Shown here in pieces: positions 1-8,365 of a stretch of DNA of 64,000 nucleotides. Source of the stretch: Candidatus Aenigmatarchaeota archaeon (lineage in GTDB: Archaea > Aenigmatarchaeota > Aenigmatarchaeia > PWEA01 > JACQIF01); the NCBI GenBank assembly GCA_016432325.1, contig CP066684.1, positions 96,001 to 160,000 of the forward strand, read 5' to 3'. The number at the start of each line of letters is the position of its first letter. The first letter of the stretch is position 1. Made by a program: the position numbers and the translations under genes. The notes beneath the pieces are model-generated. The model made no database searches and had not been told where the DNA came from. It saw nothing but the letters and a program-made list of their open reading frames with translations.

Positions 1-208
1 GAAGCATTTCCAGGGTTGCCAGAAAGGAATCGACCGTGTGGACGGCGCCCTCCTTACGTGACATAACGGCACCCTCGACCAGCTCGACCGCGTTGATGAC
101 CGTTGTCCTGAGTGGCCCGCCGCGATTCTCGATGTCGCTAAGAGCGCGAATTGCCGCGGCGTCCTTTCTGAGCACACCTATCATCAGGTCGCTGTCCAAG
201 AACACCAT
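1..208 (-). CDS. vapC: VapC PIN-domain toxin (runs off window start)
   Basis: Manual translation from ATG at 208: MVFLDSDLMIGVLRKD...TTVINAVELVEG, a typical PIN N-terminus; TGATG overlap with the antitoxin stop. Confidence 0.85.
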   Translation of the reverse strand, partial: MVFLDSDLMIGVLRKDAAAIRALSDIENRGGPLRTTVINAVELVEGAVMSRKEGAVHTVDSFLATLEML

Positions 209-432
209 CAAAACCGCCTCGATTTGGAGCGGCGGAACTCGTTCATGGCTTCCTTCATCCTTCGGAACGTGGCATCGTCTATGTCTGCCCATACGCCCGC
301 GAATTCGAGCGGGGAACGCTTCCGTTCGCCGCCGGTGAGCCTCACGACAACGTCGGAGAAGGACTCGCCATGGCCCTTCCGTTCCTTGAGTCTTCTGTAG
401 GCGTCGTCGGAGAGAGATACCGGTTTTGTCAT
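208..432 (-). CDS. vapB: VapB-type antitoxin (DUF217-like)
   Basis: MTKPVSLSDDAYRRLKERKGHGESFSDVVVRL signature; directly upstream of the PIN gene. Confidence 0.85.
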   Translation of the reverse strand: MTKPVSLSDDAYRRLKERKGHGESFSDVVVRLTGGERKRSPLEFAGVWADIDDATFRRMKEAMNEFRRSKSRRF

Positions 433-440
433 GGAAATAG

Positions 441-460
441 TATATACGTATACGTATATA
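441..460. promoter_or_regulatory. Perfect 20-bp palindrome, likely vapBC operator
   Basis: TATATACGTATACGTATATA is its own reverse complement, 8 bp upstream of the vapB ATG. Confidence 0.6.
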
Positions 461-554
461 TATGTTTCCGTGGTGTCGGTGTCACGTATTTAAGGTGGTG
501 ACATGTGAATCCATTTAAATAGCTTTGCAACAACCTCGGTGGTGGTAGAATGCC

Positions 555-1466
555 ATGCGAGTGTTGCACGTTTCGGACATACACGAGGCCCGTCCCAAGA
601 AGGGCGAAGGCCCCAGCTCTAAGATGCAGGGCATCGCCAGACAGGCCGATGCAAAGGCCATAATATTCCACGGGGACCTTACAGCAGGAATCTGGTGCGA
701 CCAGAACGGTTCCGGGCAGTTTTTCGACAGAATGGGCGAATTGAAGGGCGAGGCTCGAAATAAGGAACAGGTCATAGGCGACATGGGCACGGTTCTTAGA
801 AACTTTACTTATGTTGACGGGATGACGGACCCTCTGCCGGTTTATGCGGTTACAGGGAATCACGACGGAATTACGCGCTACGCGGTTTCTGGCGACAGGA
901 TAATAGGCCAGAAGCACGAGACTGTGGGACTGGATATTGCAAACGAGACTCCAGGAGTACGCTCTTTGAATTTCAGGACAGAAGATATTGGAGACCTCAC
1001 GTACGGCGGCGTTCCGGGCCACAAATGGATAAGACGCGGGGGCGCGACTCCTGTCGAGTTCTCCGAACACGATATTAAGGAAAAACTGAGTGGTCTTGGT
1101 GCGGTAGACGTTCTAGTTGCGCATAGCCAGCCTGCTGGCACGCTTCTGGACAGAACCGCTTTCCCGCCGCTCCCTGAAGATCGTTCGAGCTTCCCTCCGA
1201 TACCGGGCGAGATTCCGATAATGGACGGGTCCGGATACAAATCGCACGGAGGCTCGTACTCCATTAGAAGCTACATAGACAAGGCGCAGCCTCTCGGCTT
1301 CGCAGGCGGGCACATCCACGAAACCAGCGGACAGAGCGACTTGCTCGGTCGCACGAGAGCATACAGCGTTCCATTCCAGCAGCACGGCGGCCACTCGGTC
1401 GCCAACGGAAACGTCTACGTGATAGACTTCGCAGACGGGACATTTGAAAAGATTCCCGTCGCCTAG
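555..1466 (+). CDS. Calcineurin-like metallophosphoesterase
   Basis: SDIH, HGDL, GNHD, AHS.P and GHIHE motifs. Confidence 0.85.
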   Translation: MRVLHVSDIHEARPKKGEGPSSKMQGIARQADAKAIIFHGDLTAGIWCDQNGSGQFFDRMGELKGEARNKEQVIGDMGTVLRNFTYVDGMTDPLPVYAVTGNHDGITRYAVSGDRIIGQKHETVGLDIANETPGVRSLNFRTEDIGDLTYGGVPGHKWIRRGGATPVEFSEHDIKEKLSGLGAVDVLVAHSQPAGTLLDRTAFPPLPEDRSSFPPIPGEIPIMDGSGYKSHGGSYSIRSYIDKAQPLGFAGGHIHETSGQSDLLGRTRAYSVPFQQHGGHSVANGNVYVIDFADGTFEKIPVA

Positions 1467-2548
1467 AAAGGCCTGCTCTCTCGCCTCAACTTGTAGAGTG
1501 ACGGAAGGTCTCCCACGCGGTCGACTATGTATGAGTGTATCGTCGTAAGTTCCTCTTCACGAAGCTTGGCGCGCGAATCCGCTTCTATTATCACCGCGGG
1601 AATTCCGTATTCCGCGTTCTGGGACGAAATCGGGAGGATCAGGGACGCGAGCTTGTCCGCAGTGCGTACGGCGTCGCCTTTCGCATAGAACTCCACGCGT
1701 ATCGGACGGTCGTATTCGACGGTCTTCAGGTAGAACGCGTAGAGGTTGTTCGCGTGCTCGCCTAGATCTGCGATAACGGCGTTAGTCGCCGGGTCGCCTA
1801 GACGAAAAACAAAAGAACGCTCTCCGGGCTTCAGGACGTGGAATAGAAGGTTCGTATCACGCGTGCGCGAAAGGATGTCCTGGAGTTCCTTCGTGTCAGT
1901 GCCAACCCTGCTCAATACCTTCGCGGCTATCATTTCGGAAAAGTGCGTGGAACGCGAATCTTCAACCACGCCGGCCAGGAGTTTGTGGGACGCGAACGCG
2001 CGTTTGTACAGTTCGAGAAGTTCCGCATACTTGGGCCACACGCCGTCGCCTTTCTTTGGCCGCGAAGAAGGATGCGGCACGAGCGAACCGTCCGCGAGCA
2101 CGAGGTCCGGCGAGAGCGTGCTCACGTTAGAAAGCACGTGCGCTTCGGTCGCCATTCGTTCGATGTCCGCGGCGTGCGCGAAATCCTGTTCTGAGTAAGG
2201 ATCTGTTATCACAGACAGTCGCGGCGTCGCAAGCGGGTCGGGGAAGTACGTTACATTGGCAAGGTTTCCGTCAGCATAGTCGAAGACGGCCGCGACAGCG
2301 CGCGTCAAAATCAGGTCTATCGCATGGTACGCGTGCTTCACGAGCCCGCCGTCCACGCCGGCGACGCGCAGGCGCTTCAGCGGGTCGGCCGCGACAGGTA
2401 TGGCCATCCTGTCTTCGAGAATCTCCGCGTCCTTGCTTATCGCGGCGCCCTTTATCTCGCGCAGGAAAAGGCCGAGCCTGTGGCGCTTGTCTTCCAGCGT
2501 CTTGACGCGTTCGGCCGCGTCAGAAAGTTCCGACAGTATGCGTTCCAA
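1463..2548 (-). CDS. nurA: NurA 5'-3' nuclease
   Basis: AGVDGG, LVLADGSL, RPIRVEF and YGIPAVIIEADSRAK motifs. Confidence 0.85.
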   Translation of the reverse strand: MERILSELSDAAERVKTLEDKRHRLGLFLREIKGAAISKDAEILEDRMAIPVAADPLKRLRVAGVDGGLVKHAYHAIDLILTRAVAAVFDYADGNLANVTYFPDPLATPRLSVITDPYSEQDFAHAADIERMATEAHVLSNVSTLSPDLVLADGSLVPHPSSRPKKGDGVWPKYAELLELYKRAFASHKLLAGVVEDSRSTHFSEMIAAKVLSRVGTDTKELQDILSRTRDTNLLFHVLKPGERSFVFRLGDPATNAVIADLGEHANNLYAFYLKTVEYDRPIRVEFYAKGDAVRTADKLASLILPISSQNAEYGIPAVIIEADSRAKLREEELTTIHSYIVDRVGDLPSLYKLRRESRPF

Positions 2549-2619
2549 AAGGACACCCCGCCTTGCTGAAGGTTAAATAGACGACTGCTTATTTATAGAA
2601 ACAGTCCAAAGGGCGAAAG

Positions 2620-4671
2620 GTGAATGACCTCAAACATGCGAACGCGTTGAAGAAAAGGAAGAAGATACAATCGAGTTCTAAGAACGCCAAAAAAACCGGA
2701 AAGAAGTTTTACATCACCACGGCTATCGATTACGTCAACGCAAAGCCCCACATAGGCCACGCCCTCGAGAAGACGCAGGCCGACGCGCTCGCGCGGTACC
2801 ACCGGCTGAAAGGGGACGATGTCTTCTTCCTCACAGGCACGGACGAGCACGGTACAAAAGTCCTCAGGGCCGCGAAGGACGCCGGAGTAGAGCCGCAGGA
2901 ATTCTGCGACAGCGTGTCGGAAAGGTTCGTCGAGCTCACGAAGCTGTTGGACATAAGCAACGACGACTTCATCCGCACGACCGATCGCGTGAAGCACTGG
3001 CCCGGCGTTCAGAAGCTGTGGGAGCTTTGCAAGCGCGACATCGTGAAGAGAAAATACAAAGGATTCTATTGCGTGGGCTGCGAAGCGTTCGTGCTGGAAA
3101 AGGATTTGACGGACGGCCTGTGCCCGATACACAAGAAGAAACCAGAGGTGGTGGAGGAAGAGAACTACTTCTTTCTCTTGTCCAGATACGCCAACAGGAT
3201 AAAGGAAGCCATAGAGAAAGACGTTTACCGCGTCGTGCCGCAGTCGCGCAAGAACGAGATACTTTCTCTAATCAAGGAAGGACTGCAGGATGTCAGCGTT
3301 TCGCGTCCGAGACACGTCCTGCCGTGGGGCATCCCCGTTCCGGGAGACCACGATCATACGATTTACGTCTGGATAGACGCATTGCCCAACTATGCAACTG
3401 CGGTAGGATTTGGGCGCGACGAGAAGACATTCGACAAGTGGTGGCCTGCGGACGTTCACGCGATAGGAAAAGATATCCTGCGTTTCCACGCGGCCATCTG
3501 GCCCGGGTTGCTCCTGTCTGCAGGATTGCCCCTACCCAAGACGCTCTTCGTGCACGGCTTCATAACCAGCGGCGGCGAGAAGATGTCGAAGACTCTGGGG
3601 AATGTTGTCGATCCTGTGGAGTACGCGCAAAAATATGGAAGCGACGCTTTGAGATACCACCTGTTGGCAGAACTGCCTTCGCAGGACGACGGCGACTTCA
3701 CAAAAGAGCGCTTCATCAGAGTCTACAACTCGGCACTGGCGAACGAGCTGGGCAACCTTGTGATGCGCGTCACGACTCTGACGACGAAGCATCTCGGAAC
3801 CAAGCACCCGCAGGTCCTCGGAGAGTCTCTGAAGACAACGGCCGAACGTCTGGCTGAAGATTTTGGGAAACATCTGGAAGCGTACGAGTTTGACAAAGCC
3901 TGCGCGGCTGTTTGGACCTTGGTGCGCGCCGCCAATAAATATCTCAACGAGAGCGAACCTTGGAAGATTGCGAAGGACAAGGAAAAGTTCGAGGCTGTCC
4001 TGTACAACATAACGGAGTCCTTGCGCTTCCTGAGCGTCCTGTGCGAGCCGATAATTCCGAAAACGGCCGCGAAGATACGCGAGCAGTTCGGTTTCCCAGA
4101 GCCTTCATTGAAAGAGCTCGAATGGGGTTATGTGTGCAAAGGACAGATACGCGAGGCGCCGCCGCTGTTCCCCAAAATTGAAACTGCGGAGAAGGAAGAA
4201 GACCCATTCGCGGCTTTTGATCTCCGCGTCGCCCGTGTTCTGAGCGTCAGCGAGCACCCTGACGCCGAGAAGCTGTACGTTCTTCAGCTCGATTTGGGCG
4301 AGGAGAAGAGACAACTCGTTGCAGGACTGCGTGCGCACTACGCGAAAGAGGAACTGATTGGAAAGAAGGTTGTTGTAATCGCAAATCTCGAACACGCGAA
4401 GCTGCGCGGCGTCGCGTCCGAAGGAATGCTGCTGGCCGGAGACGATGGTAATCATGTGGGGGCGTTGAACGTTAAGAATGCGGCGCCCGGAACGCAGGTC
4501 AGCGCGCAGGGCATCAAGCCTGCGCCTAAGGCGCGCGTCACGCTGAAAGAGTTCCAGAAGATAAAACTCGTCGTCGGAGACGGCGGCGTCTACTACGGCG
4601 AACGCCCTCTCGTCGCCGGGGCCGAACGAGTAAAAGCCGAACGCGTCGGCAAGGGAGCGCAGGTGCGCTAA
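2620..4671 (+). CDS. metG: Methionyl-tRNA synthetase with C-terminal tRNA-binding OB domain
   Basis: ITTAIDYVN..HIGH, LTGTDEHG, CxxC...CPIH knuckle, KMSKT; C-terminal HPDAEKLY...SEGMLLA. Confidence 0.97.
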   Translation: MNDLKHANALKKRKKIQSSSKNAKKTGKKFYITTAIDYVNAKPHIGHALEKTQADALARYHRLKGDDVFFLTGTDEHGTKVLRAAKDAGVEPQEFCDSVSERFVELTKLLDISNDDFIRTTDRVKHWPGVQKLWELCKRDIVKRKYKGFYCVGCEAFVLEKDLTDGLCPIHKKKPEVVEEENYFFLLSRYANRIKEAIEKDVYRVVPQSRKNEILSLIKEGLQDVSVSRPRHVLPWGIPVPGDHDHTIYVWIDALPNYATAVGFGRDEKTFDKWWPADVHAIGKDILRFHAAIWPGLLLSAGLPLPKTLFVHGFITSGGEKMSKTLGNVVDPVEYAQKYGSDALRYHLLAELPSQDDGDFTKERFIRVYNSALANELGNLVMRVTTLTTKHLGTKHPQVLGESLKTTAERLAEDFGKHLEAYEFDKACAAVWTLVRAANKYLNESEPWKIAKDKEKFEAVLYNITESLRFLSVLCEPIIPKTAAKIREQFGFPEPSLKELEWGYVCKGQIREAPPLFPKIETAEKEEDPFAAFDLRVARVLSVSEHPDAEKLYVLQLDLGEEKRQLVAGLRAHYAKEELIGKKVVVIANLEHAKLRGVASEGMLLAGDDGNHVGALNVKNAAPGTQVSAQGIKPAPKARVTLKEFQKIKLVVGDGGVYYGERPLVAGAERVKAERVGKGAQVR

Positions 4672-4679
4672 AGTCACTT

Positions 4680-4695
4680 TACCACCGCGGTGGTA
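4680..4695. promoter_or_regulatory. Perfect 16-bp palindrome just upstream of a TATA-like box
   Basis: TACCACCGCGGTGGTA followed by TTATTTATA at ~4703-4711. Confidence 0.45.
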
Positions 4696-4724
4696 GTGCC
4701 TGTTATTTATAGGACGGCAGCCAA

Positions 4725-4988
4725 ATGCGGATTATGGCCAGGCTAAAGACGATAACGCTGCGCGACATACCGCTGGAACAGGCGAAGACGGAGATTCTTG
4801 AGTACGTGCAGAGGAAAAAACGGGTGTGGACATCGGAAATAGTCGACGACTTGGCTCTGGACTTGTTGCTGACGGCAACCGCCTTGGAGGAGCTGGAGAA
4901 GGAACGCAAGATAGAGAGGAAGGACGATGACGATTCTAACGAAGAAAGGCGACATAGTAAAAGGCAAGAAGCTGGTCTGTCAGTATAG
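4725..4988 (+). CDS. Small winged-helix-like protein
   Basis: EILEYV...WTSEIVDDLALD...ALEELEKERKI resembles a wHTH. Confidence 0.55.
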   Translation: MRIMARLKTITLRDIPLEQAKTEILEYVQRKKRVWTSEIVDDLALDLLLTATALEELEKERKIERKDDDDSNEERRHSKRQEAGLSV

Positions 4989-5115
4989 AAAGGAACACAA
5001 AGCCCGTCTTGTCAATCTCACAGGCGGCCACAAAGGAATGCAGAGAGTCGTGGAAGGACTGCCGGCCGAGGCCATCGTAGATCTTGAATGGGGACCTATT
5101 GCAAACCGCGTCTAA
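4927..5115 (+). CDS. Small hypothetical protein
   Basis: 62-aa ORF overlapping the wHTH gene. Confidence 0.35.
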   Translation: MTILTKKGDIVKGKKLVCQYRKEHKARLVNLTGGHKGMQRVVEGLPAEAIVDLEWGPIANRV

Positions 5116-5126
5116 AGAGATGCGTC

Positions 5127-5732
5127 TTAGAGCAACGCCAGCGCGGCCCCTGTAACAATCGGTATCGTCACGTTATCGTCTATTGGAAAGTCGAACGCTT
5201 CTACGAGGCTCGAAACGAACGCTGCCGCGATGGCAAGGCCTATAGGCGCAAAAAAATAGGAGACGCCGAGAACGGAGAAGAACATCGCCGCCGTGCCTTC
5301 CCAGCTCTTGTGGTTGCTGATGAATCTGGGAAGCTTGTGAGTGCCGTGATGGACGCCGACGAGAGTCGAAACGGAATCGCCTATGGACAACGCGACGATG
5401 GAGAGAGTCGCGATCTGCGGCGCAAACAATATCATACTCGCTCCGATGCCGAGACCGAATGTCATCGCGCCCTTCATCGGCCGCACGTTCGGGCGTTCGC
5501 ATGCCTTTACAATAGTACAGACCGCGTCTTCTGCGAGGCTCAACGGCCAAGGCACGTATCTCTGAAGCGCCTTGCGGCGCATGAAGAATTCGGAGTACAA
5601 TAAAGAGAGCCCCGTTGCCAGAATGAGCAGCATACCCATTGTTTTGAAGTCAATGCCCCACGGTATCAGTACAAGCAGGATGCCGCTCATGTGAATGAGC
5701 TGCCTGGAAAACTCGCGCCTGTTGACTGTCAT
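5127..5732 (-). CDS. Dolichol/phytol kinase-like membrane protein (CTP_transf_1 family)
   Basis: RQLIH, GDSVSTLVG, KSWEG and IDDNVTIP motifs; multiple TM helices. Confidence 0.85.
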   Translation of the reverse strand: MTVNRREFSRQLIHMSGILLVLIPWGIDFKTMGMLLILATGLSLLYSEFFMRRKALQRYVPWPLSLAEDAVCTIVKACERPNVRPMKGAMTFGLGIGASMILFAPQIATLSIVALSIGDSVSTLVGVHHGTHKLPRFISNHKSWEGTAAMFFSVLGVSYFFAPIGLAIAAAFVSSLVEAFDFPIDDNVTIPIVTGAALALL

Positions 5733-5765
5733 ACGCTTAATAATCGGCCTTTGAATATAACCGAT

Positions 5766-6839
5766 ATGCGTCCGAAGGGAGTCTCGCCTGTTATTGCGTC
5801 CATAATCCTCGTTCTGATAGCGATAGCCTCAGGGGCCGCTTTCCTGACTTTCACTGGAAGACTCGCCGGGCAGTCGCAGGCCGCGGGAGAAGAACAGACT
5901 GTGCGAGCAGTGGAACTCACGGCCACCACATTCACCATAGGCTCTGTGAAAGACCAGCGCATTTTCGTAACGAACACAGGCGGCGCGGATATCGGCACCA
6001 ACAGCCTCGACGTGCGCATCGACGACACGCGCGTCAACTATACGCAGGACGAGACGATAGAAAAGGGCGGCTCCGGTACGATAACGCTTGCCGGCTTGTG
6101 GAGGTTCGGTCTTGGAGAGCATACGCTGAAGGTTTCTGGAGCGGCCTACTCGGTGACGAAACAAATCAGAATCGTGCCCGCGGACGGGCGCGTGCTGGAT
6201 TTGCGTTTTGAGGAAGGTTCAGGCACGGTCGCCAACGATTTGAGCGGCAACGGCAATACAGGAACGCTGACCAACGAACCGGCATGGACGAAAAGCACGC
6301 CTTCTCGGAGCTCGCAGAACGCGCTCGGATTTGACGGGAACAACGACTATGTCAGCATTCCTGACAGCCAGCTGTTCAACATAACGTCGATAGATTTCAC
6401 GATAGAAGGCTGGGCGTACGTGCCTGCGGTCGGCGCAAACGGCTACGCAATATCCAAGGGCGAGTCGGGCTACTCCCCGCCGGCGACCAGCATGTGGTAC
6501 GTGTACGTAACAGAGAATGGGCCGAGCCTGAGCAGGCGCGCATTCGGGGCGGGCAGCGACGAGAGCATAGCAGGCCCCACCGTGTTGCATGGCATAGTCG
6601 GCAAGTGGTTCCACTTCTCCATCTCCCGCCAAGGAAGCACGTACACGCTGTACCAGAACGGAGTCACTACCGGCACCGCCTCGACAGCCAACGCGCCTTA
6701 CAGCAACACGCAGCCGCTCTGGATAGGCGCCAGAAAACACGCCGGCACGACCTACGCGTTCGAGGGGACGTTAGACGAGATTCGTATCTACAACCGCGCG
6801 TACACTCCAGAACAGCTCTACGTAATGGAAGAAGTCTGA
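5766..6839 (+). CDS. Archaeal type IV pilin-like protein with C-terminal LamG domain
   Basis: Class III signal KG/VSPVIASIILV; LRFEEGSG, ALGFDGNNDYV, FTIEGW and FEGTLDEIRIYNRA motifs; start moved to ATG 5766. Confidence 0.85.
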   Translation: MRPKGVSPVIASIILVLIAIASGAAFLTFTGRLAGQSQAAGEEQTVRAVELTATTFTIGSVKDQRIFVTNTGGADIGTNSLDVRIDDTRVNYTQDETIEKGGSGTITLAGLWRFGLGEHTLKVSGAAYSVTKQIRIVPADGRVLDLRFEEGSGTVANDLSGNGNTGTLTNEPAWTKSTPSRSSQNALGFDGNNDYVSIPDSQLFNITSIDFTIEGWAYVPAVGANGYAISKGESGYSPPATSMWYVYVTENGPSLSRRAFGAGSDESIAGPTVLHGIVGKWFHFSISRQGSTYTLYQNGVTTGTASTANAPYSNTQPLWIGARKHAGTTYAFEGTLDEIRIYNRAYTPEQLYVMEEV

Positions 6840-6883
6840 TTACTTTATGAATAGTTCAAAGAAAGTTTGAAACCGCCGTTTCC

Positions 6884-7657
6884 TTACTTCTTGCCTTTCT
6901 TCTCGGTCTTGACGCCTTCCACGATGCGCGCCAGTTCGCGCACGTTGTCCGTCAGCGCCGGCAGGAAGTCCTTGAACGCGCGTTCCACAGAACTGACGCG
7001 TCCTTCCAACGACTGCAAAGATTCGCTGGTTTCGGTCAACAGCGTCTTCATCTCCGCCTTCTCCGTGTCTTGATTATCCATCATCTCGTTGAGCTTCCCT
7101 TCCAGAGAGTCCATCCTCTCCATCGATGCGCCGTAGAGGCGGTCCAGTTCCGCGAGATGCGCTTCGACGTCTTTCCACTTCTCGTTGATTACCTCTTCGA
7201 TAAGCTCTTCGAGAGCGACCTCCTCGTGCGCTGTCATTTCGACAACGCCTGCGCCTGACGGAAGCTCCTCGAGCTCTCTGGGATACTGTTCCTGAGGCAT
7301 CTGTATGCCGAAATCGTCAGGAGGCGTCTGCGCCTGCGGCGCGGGCGGTGGCAGAGGCCCTTGCGGAGGAGCAGGCATCCTCTGCATCTGTAGAGGAGGA
7401 CCCTGAACGCGCGGCATTGGAGGAGGGGAAGGCATGCGCAGTGCTTGCTGAGGCGGCGCCACGGGTTGCTGAATAGCGGGCTGCGGCGCAACGTCGCCGC
7501 CGACGGTGAACTTCAAGACGCGGTTTAGCGCCTTCGCAACCTGTTCGTTGGAAAATCCTTGTGACCGTAAGGTCGTTATTATCTCGCGCTCGCTGCGGCC
7601 TTCAGACGCGAGTCTCTGGACCTCTTCGACCGGCACACGCTCTTCCTGCTGTTCCAT
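6884..7657 (-). CDS. Pro/Gln-rich coiled-coil protein in pilus locus
   Basis: N-terminal helical domain, P/Q-rich linker, EELIEEVINEKW plus heptads; RBS GAGGAGG. Confidence 0.7.
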   Translation of the reverse strand: MEQQEERVPVEEVQRLASEGRSEREIITTLRSQGFSNEQVAKALNRVLKFTVGGDVAPQPAIQQPVAPPQQALRMPSPPPMPRVQGPPLQMQRMPAPPQGPLPPPAPQAQTPPDDFGIQMPQEQYPRELEELPSGAGVVEMTAHEEVALEELIEEVINEKWKDVEAHLAELDRLYGASMERMDSLEGKLNEMMDNQDTEKAEMKTLLTETSESLQSLEGRVSSVERAFKDFLPALTDNVRELARIVEGVKTEKKGKK

Positions 7658-7783
7658 TTACTGGTCCCTCCTCGCCTTTCCGAGTGTACGAGACTGCGGT
7701 CTCGACATGTTCGGCCGAGGGCCGAACTTTTCGAACCGCTGTTCGAAAATGTCGAAACTTTGTTTCGTACACGGTAAATCCAT
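7658..7783 (-). repeat. Multi-hairpin leader element (7684-7772) traversed by a 41-aa coupled ORF
   Basis: GTGTA-H1-ACAT-H2-H3-ATGT-H4-TACAC; ORF MDLPCTKQSFDIFEQRFEKF...RRDQ* ends TAA immediately before ATG 7657. Confidence 0.75.
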
Positions 7784-7787
7784 TTAA

Positions 7788-8186
7788 TCACTTTTTCGGT
7801 TTGGGACGGTCGGCCAACTCTTCCCTTACAATCGCTTTTACCTCTGTTTGCGTCGCATAGTGGGTGCGCAGGGGGCTGAGCAGGTCTATGTAGCTCTTGA
7901 ATTCCTCGAGATCCGAGCGAAGCGAGACCTTGTTCAAGAACTTCTTCGTGTTGGATACCTCTGTTTCCAGTTTCAAAATCTTGGTATTTAAATCTTCCAG
8001 AGCCTGCTCGAGCGCGCCGGCGCGCGTGCGCATCTCCTCGGTTCGCTTGAGGGAGGTGGTCTCGACGCTCATCTGTTTGGCTTCCATGCTGCGCGCAATC
8101 TCCTCGAGGTTGCGTATGCGGCGCATAGCCTCCTGCAGGACGCGGACGACTTCCCCAAAAGCCTCTTCGGCCGTGCGGGCGGCCAT
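7788..8186 (-). CDS. Coiled-coil hypothetical protein
   Basis: 132 aa of heptad repeats; RBS GAGGAGG. Confidence 0.7.
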   Translation of the reverse strand: MAARTAEEAFGEVVRVLQEAMRRIRNLEEIARSMEAKQMSVETTSLKRTEEMRTRAGALEQALEDLNTKILKLETEVSNTKKFLNKVSLRSDLEEFKSYIDLLSPLRTHYATQTEVKAIVREELADRPKPKK

Positions 8187-8243
8187 TTACCGGTCCCTCC
8201 TCATGCTTCTAATAGGTAAATATGAAACGGCAGTTTCATGCAT
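8187..8243 (-). promoter_or_regulatory. 18-codon upstream ORF/leader with GAAAC-TGCC-GTTTC hairpin
   Basis: MHETAVSYLPIRSMRRDR* abuts ATG 8186; similar to 12671-12727. Confidence 0.6.
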
Positions 8244-8365
8244 GTCCTTCCCATGTAATGTTCTTTAACCCGCCATAAAAAGGTTCTAAAAGGTTTAACG
8301 CGCGGCGCGGTACGCTTAAAGCAACAGCTTTAAAGGTTAATTAGCCGTTGTGCGAAAATCAACAT

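Noticed and set aside
555-1466. Mre11 because it neighbours nurA
   Set aside because: Convergent orientation, lacks the DxHLG/GDLFD pattern and the capping/C-terminal region
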